Below are positions 40,501 through 52,751 of a stretch of 64,000 bases of DNA, piece after piece. Origin of the DNA: Lytechinus pictus (taxonomy: Eukaryota); contig NW_026974140.1 in the NCBI RefSeq assembly GCF_037042905.1, forward strand, positions 1-64,000, in the 5' to 3' direction. The notes below the pieces were generated by a model that searched no databases, was not told the origin of the DNA, and saw only the letters and a list, made by a program, of their open reading frames with translations. The stretch's first letter is position 1; each line of letters starts with the position of its first letter. A program made the position numbers and the translations under genes.

Positions 40501-43500
40501 TAGTTTGGGTTATTTCTTCAATTACCTGTTGCGTTCTATTCTCTCTTTCATGATCTCAGGTTAAATCCTCGGTCGAAAAATGGAAATGTAAATTCATATG
40601 AATATAACTATTTTCCTTGAGATATACTTCTCAGTAGCAAACAAATGGTTTCCCGTTAGTAATTTCTAGCCAATGTCAAAGCTTTTAATAAAACTTCATA
40701 ATTAGTGTTTGTATATAACTTGAAATCCACTTGTGCTCCAAATTTCATTCTTCTTTTAAAATAAAGCTCATGGAATTCTTCAAAAAAATGTAATGAGGTA
40801 TTTGTCTTCAAAATCTCGCCTTAATGGTTTAAATCGCCATTTAAGTCTTAGTGTTTATTTGGTGAAAGAGTTTGGGTTATTTCTTCAATTACTTGTTGCG
40901 TTCTATTCTCTCTTTCATGATCTCAGGTTAAATCCTCGGTCGAAAAATGGAAAAGTAAATTCATATGAATATAACTATTTTCCTTGAGATATACTTCTTA
41001 GTAGCAAACAAATGGTTTCCCGTTAGTAATTTCTAGCCAATGTCAAAGCTTTTAATAAAACTTCATGATTAGTGTTTGTATAAATTCTTCATTACCAAAG
41101 CACACTTTGATTAGCGATAACTTGAAATCCACTAGTGCTCCAAATTTCATTCTTCTTTTAAAATAAAGCTCATGGAATTCTTCAAAAAAATGTAATCAGG
41201 TATTTGTCTTCAAAATCTCGCCTTAATGGTTTAAATCGCCATTTAAGTCTAAGTGTTTATTTGGTGAAAGAGTTTGGGTTATTTCTTCAATTACTTGTTG
41301 CGTTCTATTCTCTCTTTCATGATCTCAGGTTAAATCCTCGGTCGAAAAATGGAAAAGTAAATTCATATGAATATAACTATTTTCTTTGAGATATACTTCT
41401 TAGTAGCAAACAAATGGTTTCCCGTTAGTAATTTCTAGCCAATGTCAAAGCTTTTAATAAAACTTCATAATTAGTGTTTGTATAAATTCTTCATTTCCAA
41501 TGCAAACTTTGATTAGCGATAACTTGAAATCCACTTGTGCTCCAAATTTCATTCTTCTTTTAAAATAAAGCTCATGGAATTCTTCAAAAAAATGTAATCA
41601 GGTATTTGTCTTCAAAATCTCGCCTTATTGGTTTAAATTGCAAGTAAAGTCTAAGTGTTCATTTGCTGAATTTTGGACAGTCAGCGATCGTGTGTACGTA
41701 TGCTTATCCATATTAGATTAAACCTGTGGTTTGGTATATTTTATCTTGTCTCAAAAGTAAAAGCTTGATGATTCTTACATTTTTTCACCACATATGCAGT
41801 AACCTTATTTGGGAGATAAATGAACATATATATCTTTTTGTTTTTATTCAAAACGATCCAATTCATGGTCTTACTATTTGGATTATATCGACAAAAATGA
41901 TAACCCGGTGCGTCTAGTGCTTTGCAGGCAGCTACAGTTCGCAACGATATTCAGCAAGATCATCTCGCGTAATTTGCGTGCAAAATGTTCCGAGCTTCGC
42001 CGAAGAGACGGCGTATTTAGAGATTCCTTACAAGTCCTTAATTGCTCTGGTCTACCTTTTGCTGTACTAGAGATAGATAATTTTTTTTCAAAGAGTTTGG
42101 GTTATTTCTTCAATTACTTGTTGCGTTCTATTCTCTCTTTCATGATCTCAGGTTAAATCCTCGGTCGAAAAATGAAAAAGTAAATTCATATGAATATAAC
42201 TATTTTCCTTGAGATATACTTCTTAGTAGCAAACAAATGGTTTCCCGTTAGTAAGTTCTAGCCAATGTCAAAGCTTTTAATAAAACTTCATAATTAGTGT
42301 TTGTATAAATTCTTCATTTCCAATGCAAACTTTGATTAGCGATAACTTGAAATCCACTTGTGCTCCAAATTTCATTTATCTTTTAAAATAAAGCTCATGG
42401 AATTCTTCAAAAAAATGTAATGAGGTATTTGTCTTCAAAATCTCGCCTTAATGGTTTAAATCGCCATTTAAGTCTTAGTGTTTATTTGGTGAAAGAGTTT
42501 GGGTTATTTCTTCAATTACTTGTTGCGTTCTATTCTCTCTTTCATGATCTCAGGTTAAATCCTCGGTCGAAAAATGGAAAAGTAAATTCATATGAATATA
42601 ACTATTTTCTTTGAGATATACTTCTTAGTAGCAAACAAATGGTTTTCCGTTAGTAATTTCTAGCCAATGTCAAAGCTTTTAATAAAACTTCATAATTAGT
42701 GTTTGTAAAAATTCTTCATTTCCAATGCAAACTTTGATTAGCGATAACTTGAAATCCACTTGTGCTCCAAATTTCATTCTTCTTTTAAAATAAAGCTCAT
42801 GGAATTCCTCAAAAAAATGTAATCAGGTATTTGTCTTCAAAATCTCGCCTTAATGGTTTAAATTGCAAGTAAAGTCTAAGTGTTCATTTGCTGAATTTTG
42901 GACAGTCAGCGATCGTGTGTACGTATGCTTATCCATATTAGATTAAACCTGTGGTTTGGTATATTTTATCTTGTCTCAAAAGTAAAAGCTTGATGATTCT
43001 TACATTTTTTCACCACATATGCAGTAACCTTATTTGGGAGATAAATGAACATATATATCTTTTTGTTTTTATTCAAAACGATCCAATTCATGGTCTTACT
43101 ATTTGGATTATATCGACAAAAATGATAACCCGGTGCGTCTAGTGCTTTGCAGGCAGCTACAGTTCGCAACGATATTCAGCAAGATCATCTCGCGTAATTT
43201 GCGTGCAAAATGTTCCGAGCTTCGCCGAAGAGACGGCGTATTTAGAGATTCCTTACAAGTCCTTAATTGCTCTGGTCTACCTTTTGCTGTACTAGTGATA
43301 AATAAATTTTTTTCAAAGAGTTTGGGTTATTTTTTCAATTACTTGTTGCGTTCTATTCTCTCTTTCATGATCTCAGGTTAAATCTTCGGTCGAAAAATGG
43401 AAAAGTTAATTCATATGAATATAACTATTTTCCTTGAGATATACTTCTCAGTAGCAAACAAATGGTTTCCCGTTAGTAATTTCTAGCCAATGTCAAAGCT

Positions 43501-44420
43501 TTTAATAAAACTTCATGATTAGTGTTTGTATAAATTCTTCATTACCAATGCAAACTTTGATTAGCGATAACTTGAAATCCACTTGTGCTCCAAATTTCAT
43601 TCTTCTTTTAAAATAAAGCTCATGGAATTCTTCAAAAAAATGTAATGAGGTATTTGTCTTCAAAATCTCGCCTTAATGGTTTAAATCGCCATTTAAGTCT
43701 TAGTGTTTATTTGGTGAAAGAGTTTGGGTTATTTCTTCAATTACTTGTTGCGTTCTATTCTCTCTTTCATGATCTCAGGTTAAATCCTCGGTCGAAAAAA
43801 GGAAAAGTAAATTCATATGAATATAACTATTTTCTTTGAGATATACTTCTTAGTAGCAAACAAATGGTTTTCCGTTAGTAATTTCTAGCCAATGTCAAAG
43901 CTTTTAATAAAACTTCATAATTAGTGTTTGTATAAATTCTTCATTTCCAATGCAAACTTTGATTAGCGATAACTTGAAATCCACTTGTGCTCCAAATTTC
44001 ATTCTTCTTTTAAAATAAAGCTCATGGAATTCTTCAAAAAAATGTAATAAGGTATTTGTCTTCAAAATCTCGCCTTAATGGTTTAAATCGCCATTTAAGT
44101 CTAAGTGTTTATTTGGTGAAATAGTTTGGGTTATTTCTTCAATTACTTGTTGCGTTCTATTCTCTCTTTCATGATCTCAGGTTAAATCCTCGGTCGAAAA
44201 ATGGAAATGTAAATTCATATGAATATAACTATTTTCCTTGAGATATACTTCTCAGTAGCAAACAAATGGTTTCCCGTTAGTAATTTCTAGCCAATGTCAA
44301 AGCTTTTAATAAAACTTCATAATTAGTGTTTGTATATAACTTGAAATCCACTTGTGCTCCAAATTTCATTCTTCTTTTAAAATAAAGCTCATGGAATTCT
44401 TCAAAAATGATGTAATTAGG
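37583..44420. repeat. 3621-bp seven-monomer period at the array edge (just under 2 copies)
   Basis: Starts 37985/41606, 38808/42429, 39210/42831, 40033/43654, 40435/44056; shared private variants GAATTCCTC, ATAAATTTT, GTGAAATAG and a 35-bp deletion. Confidence 0.9.
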
Positions 44421-44617
44421 TATTTGTCTTCAAAATCTCGCCTTAATTGTTTAAATCGCCATTAAAGTCTAAGTGTTCATTTGCTAAATTTTGGACAGTC
44501 AGCGATCGTGTGTACTTATGCTTATCCATATTATATTAAAATGTCTGGATCCTAGGTTAAAATAATAATAAAATATCAGCTCAAGATTCGCGCTCGCGTC
44601 ATTTATTTGGTTACAGC

Positions 44618-44791
44618 CCGATAGACCGCGGGTCCGATAGACCGCGGGCCCGATAGACCGCGGGCCCGATAGACCGCGGGTCCGATAGACCGCGGGCCCG
44701 ATAGACCGCGGGCCCGATAGACCGCGGGCCCGATAGACCGCGGGCCCGATAGACCGCGGGCCCGATAGTCCGCGGGTCCGATAGTCCGCGG
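44618..44791 (+). repeat. 16-bp GC-rich subterminal tandem repeat CCGATAGACCGCGGG(C/T), 11 copies
   Basis: CCGATAG every 16 bp from 44618 to 44778. Confidence 0.97.
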
Positions 44792-45292
44792 TGTGTGTAA
44801 AATTATGATCAGGATATAGTTAAATCCAATGCCATCGAGAGGTCAAAAGGCCAATGATACGAGTCCATGGGTTTCTGTAACGATGACCCAAACAATCGCC
44901 CCCTGACATCCACTTCAAGGAAAATATTATCCCCATATTTTTATCGTCAGGGACTGTTAACCCCCGGAAATTTACCCTCTAGACGCCATACGGAGCCTCT
45001 AAAATGCCATCGACTTGACGACATGGCGAGATACTTTATCTTGCCATGTCGACTAAATAAGCCTATTATGTCCGCATGGCGCGATACGTTATCCTGCCAA
45101 GTCAGTCCACTTATAAAAAGAACATGGCGAGATATTTTATCTTGCCAAGTCGACTTAAATAAGTTACATGTCAACATAGCGATATATCCGGATTCCCGCC
45201 GGGACTTGTACACTTCATATTTCGCCATGTGGACATATCGACTTGACAAGATAGAATATATCGCTATGTCGAAATAATAAGCGTATTAATTA

Positions 45293-45620
45293 CTTAGGCG
45301 GCGGAAGCGGAGGGGGGACCTTTCTCCCCTAAATTTGAGGTGGGCCGGCGGGACGGTCCCCCCTAGATTTTTAGTTGAGAACCTTTTTTTTTTTGGTTGT
45401 CAATTTGTTTTCTACGCCCCCCTCTCTCCTAATTGAGGTGGATCCCCCCTAAAATCTTTGTCCCCCCCCCTTATTTTGGTTAAAAACCTCTTTTTCTTGT
45501 CCAAAAATTTTGGTGGTCCTTCCAATAAATATTGGTTGATTTGCTTGTCAAATTTTTACCTGTGTCCATCCCAAAATTTCAGGTGGACCCCCTAATTTTT
45601 TTTGCCTTCCGCCGCCAATG
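45293..45620. mobile_element. hAT-type MITE (328 bp) with 8-bp TSD ATTAATTA
   Basis: TIRs CTTAGGCGGCGGAAG / CTTCCGCCGCCAATG; ATTAATTA at 45285-45292 and 45621-45628; single empty site in copy 2 (TAATTAAT, 52103-52110). Confidence 0.9.
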
Positions 45621-48599
45621 ATTAATTAAGACATGGCAAGATAAAGTACCACGCCATGTCGTCACGTTGATGGCATTTTCAAGGCTCCGTACTAGGGGGT
45701 GGCGAGGGCACCAAGTTAAAAAAAAATAAATGAAATGGGGGGGGGGGGTAGACGTCAAAGAAAATCTGAGATTTCATTCTCAAAAACAAATTGAGGTATC
45801 TCACAAGGCCTAAATAAATAATGAGAACGCGAAGCGCGATCTTATTTTTTTTAAATATATTTTTCATGTATTATATCCTGGAAGCCTAAGTCAGGGGTGG
45901 ACCCAGCTTCCGCCAATAGGGTGAGGGGCCATTTTTTCACCCATATTTTCCCCGATCGGCCGCTCAAAGTTGATTTTTTTTGGGTTTTTTTGAAGGGGTT
46001 GTCCCAGTGCCGTAATGAGCCAACAATTTTGAGGGGGCTCGATATGGTGTATCGCATAAAATTAATAACAAGTTGCCAGTGAGCGAAGCGAGCAAGCAAA
46101 TATGCTGACATTTTTATTACAAAAATACAAGGTTGTGATAGATTTTGACATAATATTTGGAAAATAATATTATATTTCATTCTAATCCCTTTCCTTTTCT
46201 CTCTATTTTTTCTTAGTCTTGATTCTATCTTTTTTTTAGGGGGGGGGGGGGGGGGGCAAAACGCCCATGTCCTAACAGTCATTTCCTAGCTTTACTTTAT
46301 AAGCAACATAAATGTGTAATAATCTCTTAAGCCCTATGTAATCTAAAAATGAAATTTCATGTATTTTGTCCTGAAAATTGAACATTTTGGGCAATGTTTG
46401 TGAACCTGAACAGGACGCGTACGTAACTAGATAATTACCACGAGCGCGAAGCGCGAGCAGAAATGTTAAATATTCGTTCTGGCCTGGTCGAAAAGGGACC
46501 TGTTAAGGATGTTTTGCAGTTAGCCATTAAGACGATACATATTTCAACGATTAGATAATGTGAGCGCGAAGCGCGAGCTGAACATTTTTGATATTCCAAC
46601 CTAAAAAGATGAGATTTCAAATCCCCCAATCGGACAATCGATTCATGTTACTTTGTCAATCATGAAATAGGATGGGTAATTTTTGGTATCTAACTACAAT
46701 AATAATGCAAGCGCAAAGCGCGAACAGAAATTTTGTGATATTCTGATTCGAAACAGGATAATTTTAGCACGTTTAGAATAAGATCAAGCTTTGTATCTTA
46801 AAAACATGCGTGCGCGTGTTTTAGAGTTAGACAGAATCCTGGCAAGCTGAATACATTTCATTTTTCATCACAAAAATCAATAATGCGAGCGCAGAGCCCG
46901 AGCTGAAAATAATATTTGAAATTCCGATTTGGAAAGGGTCAATTTAAGCACTGTTTACAGCACTGTGTATATAGGGAAATTTGATAGCACTATATAAATA
47001 ATACGAATATAAGAATATAAGAATGATGACTATCTTCTATTTCTTTTCCTAAAACTTGTTGATATTTATTTCTGAAAAAGGGACAATTTAGTCATTATGA
47101 ATTCATACAAATTTTATTTCATATTTATTAATCTGTTAAGCCTAATGAGTGTGTGAAATTTGTTGACAGTGCATGAGGCTTGAAAACTGGATATTTTAAG
47201 TATTTTTGTAATCATGAATAGGATTCATTAGTTGATATTATTTTTAGCAAATAATGCGAGCGCAAATTGCGATCCGGAATTTTTTAATGGGGGGATTTAA
47301 GTAGTTTGTTATAGAATTAATATATAGGTATACATAACTCACCAATCAAAATCAAAATTCGAGCGCACAGCTCTAGCTCATAGGCCTTTATCATTTTTTT
47401 TACAATCGAGACACCTGAAAAGGTATATTTAGAGAATCTTATATGAAATATAAAAAGACAATAGGTAGGCCTACTTGGCAAATAGTGCGAGCGCACAAAA
47501 TGTTGCAAATGTTGATTCAAACCATAAAACGGACATTTTCCAGAGCACTTAAAAACATAAATTGGTAAATAAAACAAAATAATGAAAGATCCATGTCCGA
47601 TCTGAAGTATGTTTTGTATATTGATATTTTAAACTACATATCAGCCTATTGAGCAAGATATGTATCTTATCGAAAAGGCAATGCGAGAACGATGCGCGAG
47701 CGAAACTTTAATATAGTGACATTAAATATAAAAAAAAAAAATTTCCAAGTCTTCTCCTGACCTTATTTTATTCACTCGTCTTCCTCCTTTTATGTTTCGT
47801 CTTCTTTTTTCTCCTTCCTTTCCCCCATTTTTTCTTTCCCCGTTTTTCACAATTTATTTGCTCTGTCAATAGGGGGGAGGTTGCCCTCGGGCCGCCTCGA
47901 TCCGCCTATGTTAGTAGTTGTTATGATGAACACGATGCATATCTATTAAAAAATGAATGCGACTGCGAAGCGCTAGCTGAAAACTTTTATAATGGTGAAA
48001 TGAAAAATACATTTTCAGTTGTCAGGTTAGAATATCAAATATTTTCAGCTTGTGCTTCTCGTTCGCATAAAAAAAACTGTAAGGTCGGGATGCGTATATA
48101 ATTAAACAATTTATTGATGCCAGCGCGAAGCGCGAGCTCAATTTTTTTATATACTAAGAAGGACTAAGGTATAATTCCTATTCCAATTGCTTGTCCTTTT
48201 TCTCTTCCTTTTTATGTTTCTTACCCCTTTTTTGCGCCACTATGGGGGGGGGCCAAAATCTTTGCCCCCTGGATCGGCCTATGTATTTTGACTTTAAAAA
48301 CACTATGTGGGATTGAAGCAGAGGATACATACCTCATTAATCAAATATTGCGAGCGCGTAGCGCGAGCTGAATTTGATAACCCTTGTTTGTGACCTTAAA
48401 CAGGGTATCTATCTCGCTTAACAGACTTGAAACTCGAAAACATTGTTTTTTCTGTTATCGTAAAAACGTGATATTTTAATTCAGCCGTATTAATTTAAGT
48501 TTTTTGGCAGGACATATATTTCACTATAAACAGGCAATACGAGCAATGTTACGCCCCCGGTAGAAAATGGATTTGCATGAAGCCCTCTAAGTTCAAGGT

Positions 48600-48825
48600 C
48601 AGTTTGGCGCCCTCGGTTGAACATAAACTTGGCGCCCCCATGTGAAATATAACTTTGCCCTCCCTCCCCCTCTAAAACATGTATTTGTCGCATTATGGTC
48701 AAAATTCAAATTAGCGCTCCCCTAGTTCGAACATCAATTTGGAGCCCCGCTATATCGAACATCAATTCGGCGCCCCGTAGTTCGAACGTCATTTTGGCGC
48801 CATCAAATCGACGTCCAGGTCAACA
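48600..48825 (+). repeat. Degenerate ~30-bp minisatellite (GAACATCAATTCGGCGCCCC core)
   Basis: Several imperfect copies; same core as 56605-57330. Confidence 0.8.
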
Positions 48826-48834
48826 TCTCCCTCC

Positions 48835-49325
48835 CGTTTCCCATCTCCTTTTCTTTCTTTTTTCTTTCTCTTACCCTCATTCCCCTTCCTTCCTTTCTCT
48901 TTCTTTCTCTCTTTCTTTTCTTTCCCCTTTTCTTCTCTTTTTTCTCTCTTTTCTTTTCCTCTTTCTTTTCTCGTTTGTCCTCTCTTCCCCCTTACTCTCT
49001 CTTTTTTCTTCTCTTTTCCTCTCTCTCTCTCTCTCTTTTCTTATCCTTCTTCCCATCTTCCTCTCTATTTAAATATTCTTCTCTTCCTTCCTCTTTTTTT
49101 TCTCTCTTTTTCCTTTCTCCTTTCTTTTCTTCTCTTCCTTTTCCCTCCTCTTTCTTCCTCTTCTTTCCCCTTTTCTTCTCCCTTTTTTTTTTCCTTTCCC
49201 CTTTTTCTTCTCTTTTTTTCTTCTCTTCCTTTCTCCTTCTTACTCTCTTTTCTATATTCTCTTCTTTTCCCATCTTTCTCTTTCTTTTTTATTCTCTCTT
49301 TTTCCCCCTCTTCCCCCTCTTTTTG
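48835..49325. repeat. Polypyrimidine (C/T) low-complexity tract, ~490 bp
   Basis: Almost purely C/T on the + strand; source of spurious F/S/L- and K/R/E-rich ORFs. Confidence 0.95.
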
Positions 49326-49463
49326 AGCTGGGGGTGGGGGTGAGGCAGTTCCCCCTCGGCCCCCCATGGATCCGCATCTAATAGAACCCCATGGCCTCGT
49401 ATCATTTGACCTTTGGACCTCTCGATGACATTTGATATATCTTATTATAATTTTACACACACT

Positions 49464-49604
49464 GCGGACTATCGGACCCGCGGTCTATCGGGCCCGCGGT
49501 CTATCGGACCCGCGGTCTATCGGACCCGCGGTCTATCGGGCCCGCGGTCTATCGGGCCCGCGGTCTATCGGACCCGCGGTCTATCGGACCCGCGGTCTAT
49601 CGGG
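49464..49604 (-). repeat. Same 16-bp repeat inverted, 9 copies (right arm of copy 1)
   Basis: TATCGG every 16 bp from 49470 to 49598. Confidence 0.97.
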
Positions 49605-50109
49605 ATGTCCCCATTTATTTAGTGCTATCCACATCCACGTCACAATTTTCCTATATACAAAGTGTTGTAAATAGTGCTTAAATTGACTCATTTCATATCG
49701 GAATTTGAAATATTATTTTCAACTCGCGCTCTGCGATCGCATTATTGATTTTCATGATGATAAATGAAATGTATTCAGAATGCAGATTCTGTCTAACTCC
49801 AAAACACGCGCACGCATGATTTTTTTTAGATACGCAGCTTGATCTTATTCAAAACGTACTAAAATTATCCAGTTTCAGATCAGAATATCAAAAATTTTCT
49901 GATCGCGCTTTGCGCTCGCATTATGAAGACACTAAAAATTACCAATCCTTTTCATGATTGACAAAACATGACTCGAGCGTCCTGTTGGGGGGGGGGGGGG
50001 TTGAAATATCATCTTTTTAGGTTGGAATATCTAAAATGTTCAGCTCGCGCTTCGCGCTCACATTATTTAATCGTTGAAATATATATCGTCTTAATGGCTA
50101 ACTGCAAAA

Positions 50110-50695
50110 AGGTCAAGTCCACCTCAGAAATATGTTGATTTGAATAAATAGAGAAAAATCAAACATGAATCACGCTGAAAACTTCATCAAAATCGGATGT
50201 AAAATAAGTTATGACATTTTAAAGTTTCGCTTATTTAAAAAAGAAAAAAAGTTCTATGCTCAACTCAGTGATATGCAAATGAGAGAGTCGATGAGGTTAC
50301 TCACTCACTATTTCTTTTGTTTTCTATTTTTTGAATAATACAATATTTCAATTTTTATGAATTCGACAATTAGGACCCCCTTGCTTGAACCACAAAATGT
50401 TAAAATAATTGATTTACATGTGTTCAGGGAGGAATGAAACTTTGTTTCACATGACAATGACGAGAAAATCAAAATATTTCATATTTCATATAATAAAATA
50501 CAAAAGAAATAGTGAGTGGGTGATGTCATCGGTCCCCTCATTTGCATTCCGACCAGGATGTGCATATGTATGTTTTGAAAAATTAAGCTAAACTTTCTTT
50601 TTTTACATCCGATTTTGATGAAATTTTCAGTGTTATGTTTGTTTAATTTTTCACTTTCTATTCAAAGCAACTTTTTGTTGGGGTGAGCTTGTCCT
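50110..50695 (+). mobile_element. TTAA-specific MITE, Kolobok-like (AGG...CCT ends), copy A
   Basis: AGGTCAAGTCCACC...GGTGAGCTTGTCCT|TTAA with long imperfect inverted arms. The left TTAA is lost in a small deletion; the empty TTAA site is at 46503-46506 in copy 1. Confidence 0.8.
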
Positions 50696-51897
50696 TTAAC
50701 AATTCTGATCGCGCTTCGCGCTCATGGTAATTATCTAGTTACATAACGCGTTCTGTTCAGGTTCACAAACATTGCCTAGAATTTTCAATTTTCTGGACAA
50801 AATACATGAAATTTCATTTTTTTTGGCTTGCATAGTGCTTATGAGATTATTACACATTTAGGTTGTTTATAAAGTAAGCTATGAAATGACTGTTAGGACA
50901 TGGGCGTTTTGCCCCCCCCCCCCAAAAAAAAAAAGAGAGAAAAGAAAGGGATTAGGATGAAATATTATATTATTTTCCAAATATTATGTCCAAATCTATC
51001 ACAACCTTGTATTTTTGTAATAAAATTGTCAGCGTATTGGCTTGCTCACTGTAAACTTCTTATTAATTTTATGCGATACGCCATATCGAGCCCCCTCAAA
51101 ATTGTTGGCTCATTACGCCACTGGAACAACCCCTTCAAAGAAAAAAAAATAAATCAACATTGAGCGGCCGATCGGGGAAAATATGGGTGAAAAAATTCGC
51201 CCCCTCATTTGCGGAAGCTGGGTCCGCCCCCGGAATTAGGCTTGCAGGATAAAATACATCAAAAATAAAAAAAAAAATCAGATCGCGCTTCGCGTTCTCA
51301 TTATATATTTAGGCCTTGTGAAATACCTCAATGTGTTTTTTTAAATAAAATCTCAGATATTCTCTAACTTCTACCCCCTCCATTTCATTGATTGTTGTTA
51401 TTTTGGTGCCCTCTACAAAAGTTCAACAAAATCCCCCCCCCCCCTCGTGCATCCATGCTGAATAAATACGCCACAAATGAGGAGAATGAGTCGATTGCTT
51501 TGCGATTGCATTATTCCCAAGAAGCTATCATTAATATTATTGAAAGCTATTCTAAAACAACTAGCAAAGTACAGCTCCCGTTCACACAATATTCTAGTAG
51601 GGCCTACTCTCGTAAAAAATTAAACCAAATTGAACCCCCCCAAATTGCTCGCGCCTCGCGCTCCCATTGATATTTCATTATTATATTCATGGATTTTTTT
51701 TTTAAGAACACATTAAAAGAGTGGTCTTTAATTGCCTTTTTAAAATGTGATTATAAGATAATTCAAAATCCATTTAAGGCACTTAAGTTAGCCTGGCTGG
51801 AAGGGAGTGGGCGCAATTTTTCGAAAAGTACACATGGGCGCCAAGAATCAGGTCAAATTTGGGCCCCCCTTCTCACCAAATCCTGGATCCGCGCCTG

Positions 51898-52546
51898 GGT
51901 TCTATAACAATAACCAAATTAGGGCAATCATCCACTGACAACTACTTCAAGGAAAATATGATCCCCATATTTTTACCGCCGGGGACTGTTACCCCCAGAA
52001 ATTTACCCTCGAGACAATTACCCCGGATAATTACCCTTAGTACGGAGCCTTTAAAATGCCATCGACGTGACGACATGGCGTGATACTTTATCTTGCCATG
52101 TATAATTAATAAGCTTATTATTTCGACATGGCGATATATTCTATCTTGTCAAGTCGATATGTCGACATGGCGAGATGTGAAGTGTACAAGTCCCGGCCAG
52201 AATCCCGATATATCGTCATGTTGACATATAACTTGTTACAAGTCTACTTGGCAAGATAAAATATCTCACCATGTTGACGTATAACTTTTATATGTGGACT
52301 TGGCAGGTATCTCGCCATGCCGACATAATAAGCTTATTTAGTCGATATGGCAAGATAAAGTATTTCGCCATGTCGTCAAGTCAGTGGCATTTGAAAGGCT
52401 CCGTACTAGGGGTAATTGGCGTCTAGAGGGTACATTTCCGGGGGGGGGGGGGGTAACAGTCCCCGACGATACAAATATGGGGATAATATTTTCCTTGAAG
52501 TAGTTGTCAGGGGGCGATTGTCCATTCGGTCATCGTTATAGAACCT
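51898..52546. repeat. Internal ~650-bp imperfect palindrome, the inner domains of the basic foldback
   Basis: 51898-52100 (GGTTCTATAAC...CTGACAACTACTTCAAGGAAAATA...TACGGAGCC) is the reverse complement of ~52345-52546; the centre is built from ACATGGC/GCCATGT modules. Confidence 0.85.
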
Positions 52547-52626
52547 CATGGACTCGTATCATTGACCGTTTGACCTCTTGATGACATAGGACCTCACTAT
52601 ATCCTGATCATAATTTTACACACACT

Positions 52627-52751
52627 GCGGACTATCGGACCAGCGGACTATCGGACCCGCGGTCTATCGGACCCGCGGATTATCGGACCCGCGGTCTATC
52701 GGACCCGCGGTCTATCGGACCCGCGGACTATCGGACCCGCGGTCTATCGGG
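52627..52751 (-). repeat. Same 16-bp repeat inverted, 8 copies (terminus of copy 2)
   Basis: TATCGG every 16 bp from 52633 to 52745. Confidence 0.97.

Larger units (their letters stand above)
1..44540. repeat. Two-monomer tandem satellite array (~402-bp S and ~823-bp L units), open at the left edge
   Basis: Head-to-tail near-identical units. Taking TTGTCTTCAAAA as unit start, the ORF track gives 45 S starts (49, 451, 1676 ... 44056) and 32 L starts (854, 2079, 3707 ... 42831). A final L is truncated at ...TTATATTAAA (44540). Confidence 0.98.
45700..49380 (+). mobile_element. hAT-like non-autonomous cargo inside foldback copy 1 (5' end deleted, internally nested)
   Basis: Ends ...TGGATCCGCATCTA followed by ATAGAACC. 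The matching start CAGGCGCGGATCCAG preceded by ATAGAACC is on the minus strand of copy 2 at 51897. Further hAT-like ends lie at 45892, 47910 and 48283 without clear TSDs. Confidence 0.7.
44609..49611 (+). mobile_element. Non-autonomous foldback/Mutator-like element, copy 1 (complete, ~5.0 kb)
   Basis: Ends GGTTACAGCCCGATAG... and ...CTATCGGGATGTCCC. Inverted arms consist of 16-bp repeats plus a unique inner part (44792-44878 vs 49381-49463). A perfect 9-bp direct repeat CATTTATTT lies at 44600-44608 and 49612-49620. No transposase ORF. The superfamily is inferred from the GG..CC ends, long TIRs and 9-bp TSD. Confidence 0.85.

Noticed and set aside
49..43839. Repeated 61-143 aa ORFs in the satellite as a tandem gene family
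   Set aside because: They start mostly at TTG/GTG and have no recognisable domain. The 143-aa form depends on an A5/A6 homopolymer and two S copies carry a stop. They recur only because the DNA repeats.
1..44540. CRISPR-like repeat/spacer or cassette system
   Set aside because: The intervening 421-bp block is the same each time, the units are hundreds of bp long, and there are no cas or recombinase genes; the context is eukaryotic.
44867..46282. 100-143 aa ORFs in the foldback as a transposase
   Set aside because: No DDE or zinc-finger motifs, they lie in palindromic or MITE sequence, and they are not preserved as intact ORFs in the second copy.
48695..49674. F/S/L-rich, K/R/E-rich and 16-aa-periodic ORFs (similar ones at 60158-60749)
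   Set aside because: Translations of pyrimidine tracts and of the 16-bp repeat; no coding evidence.
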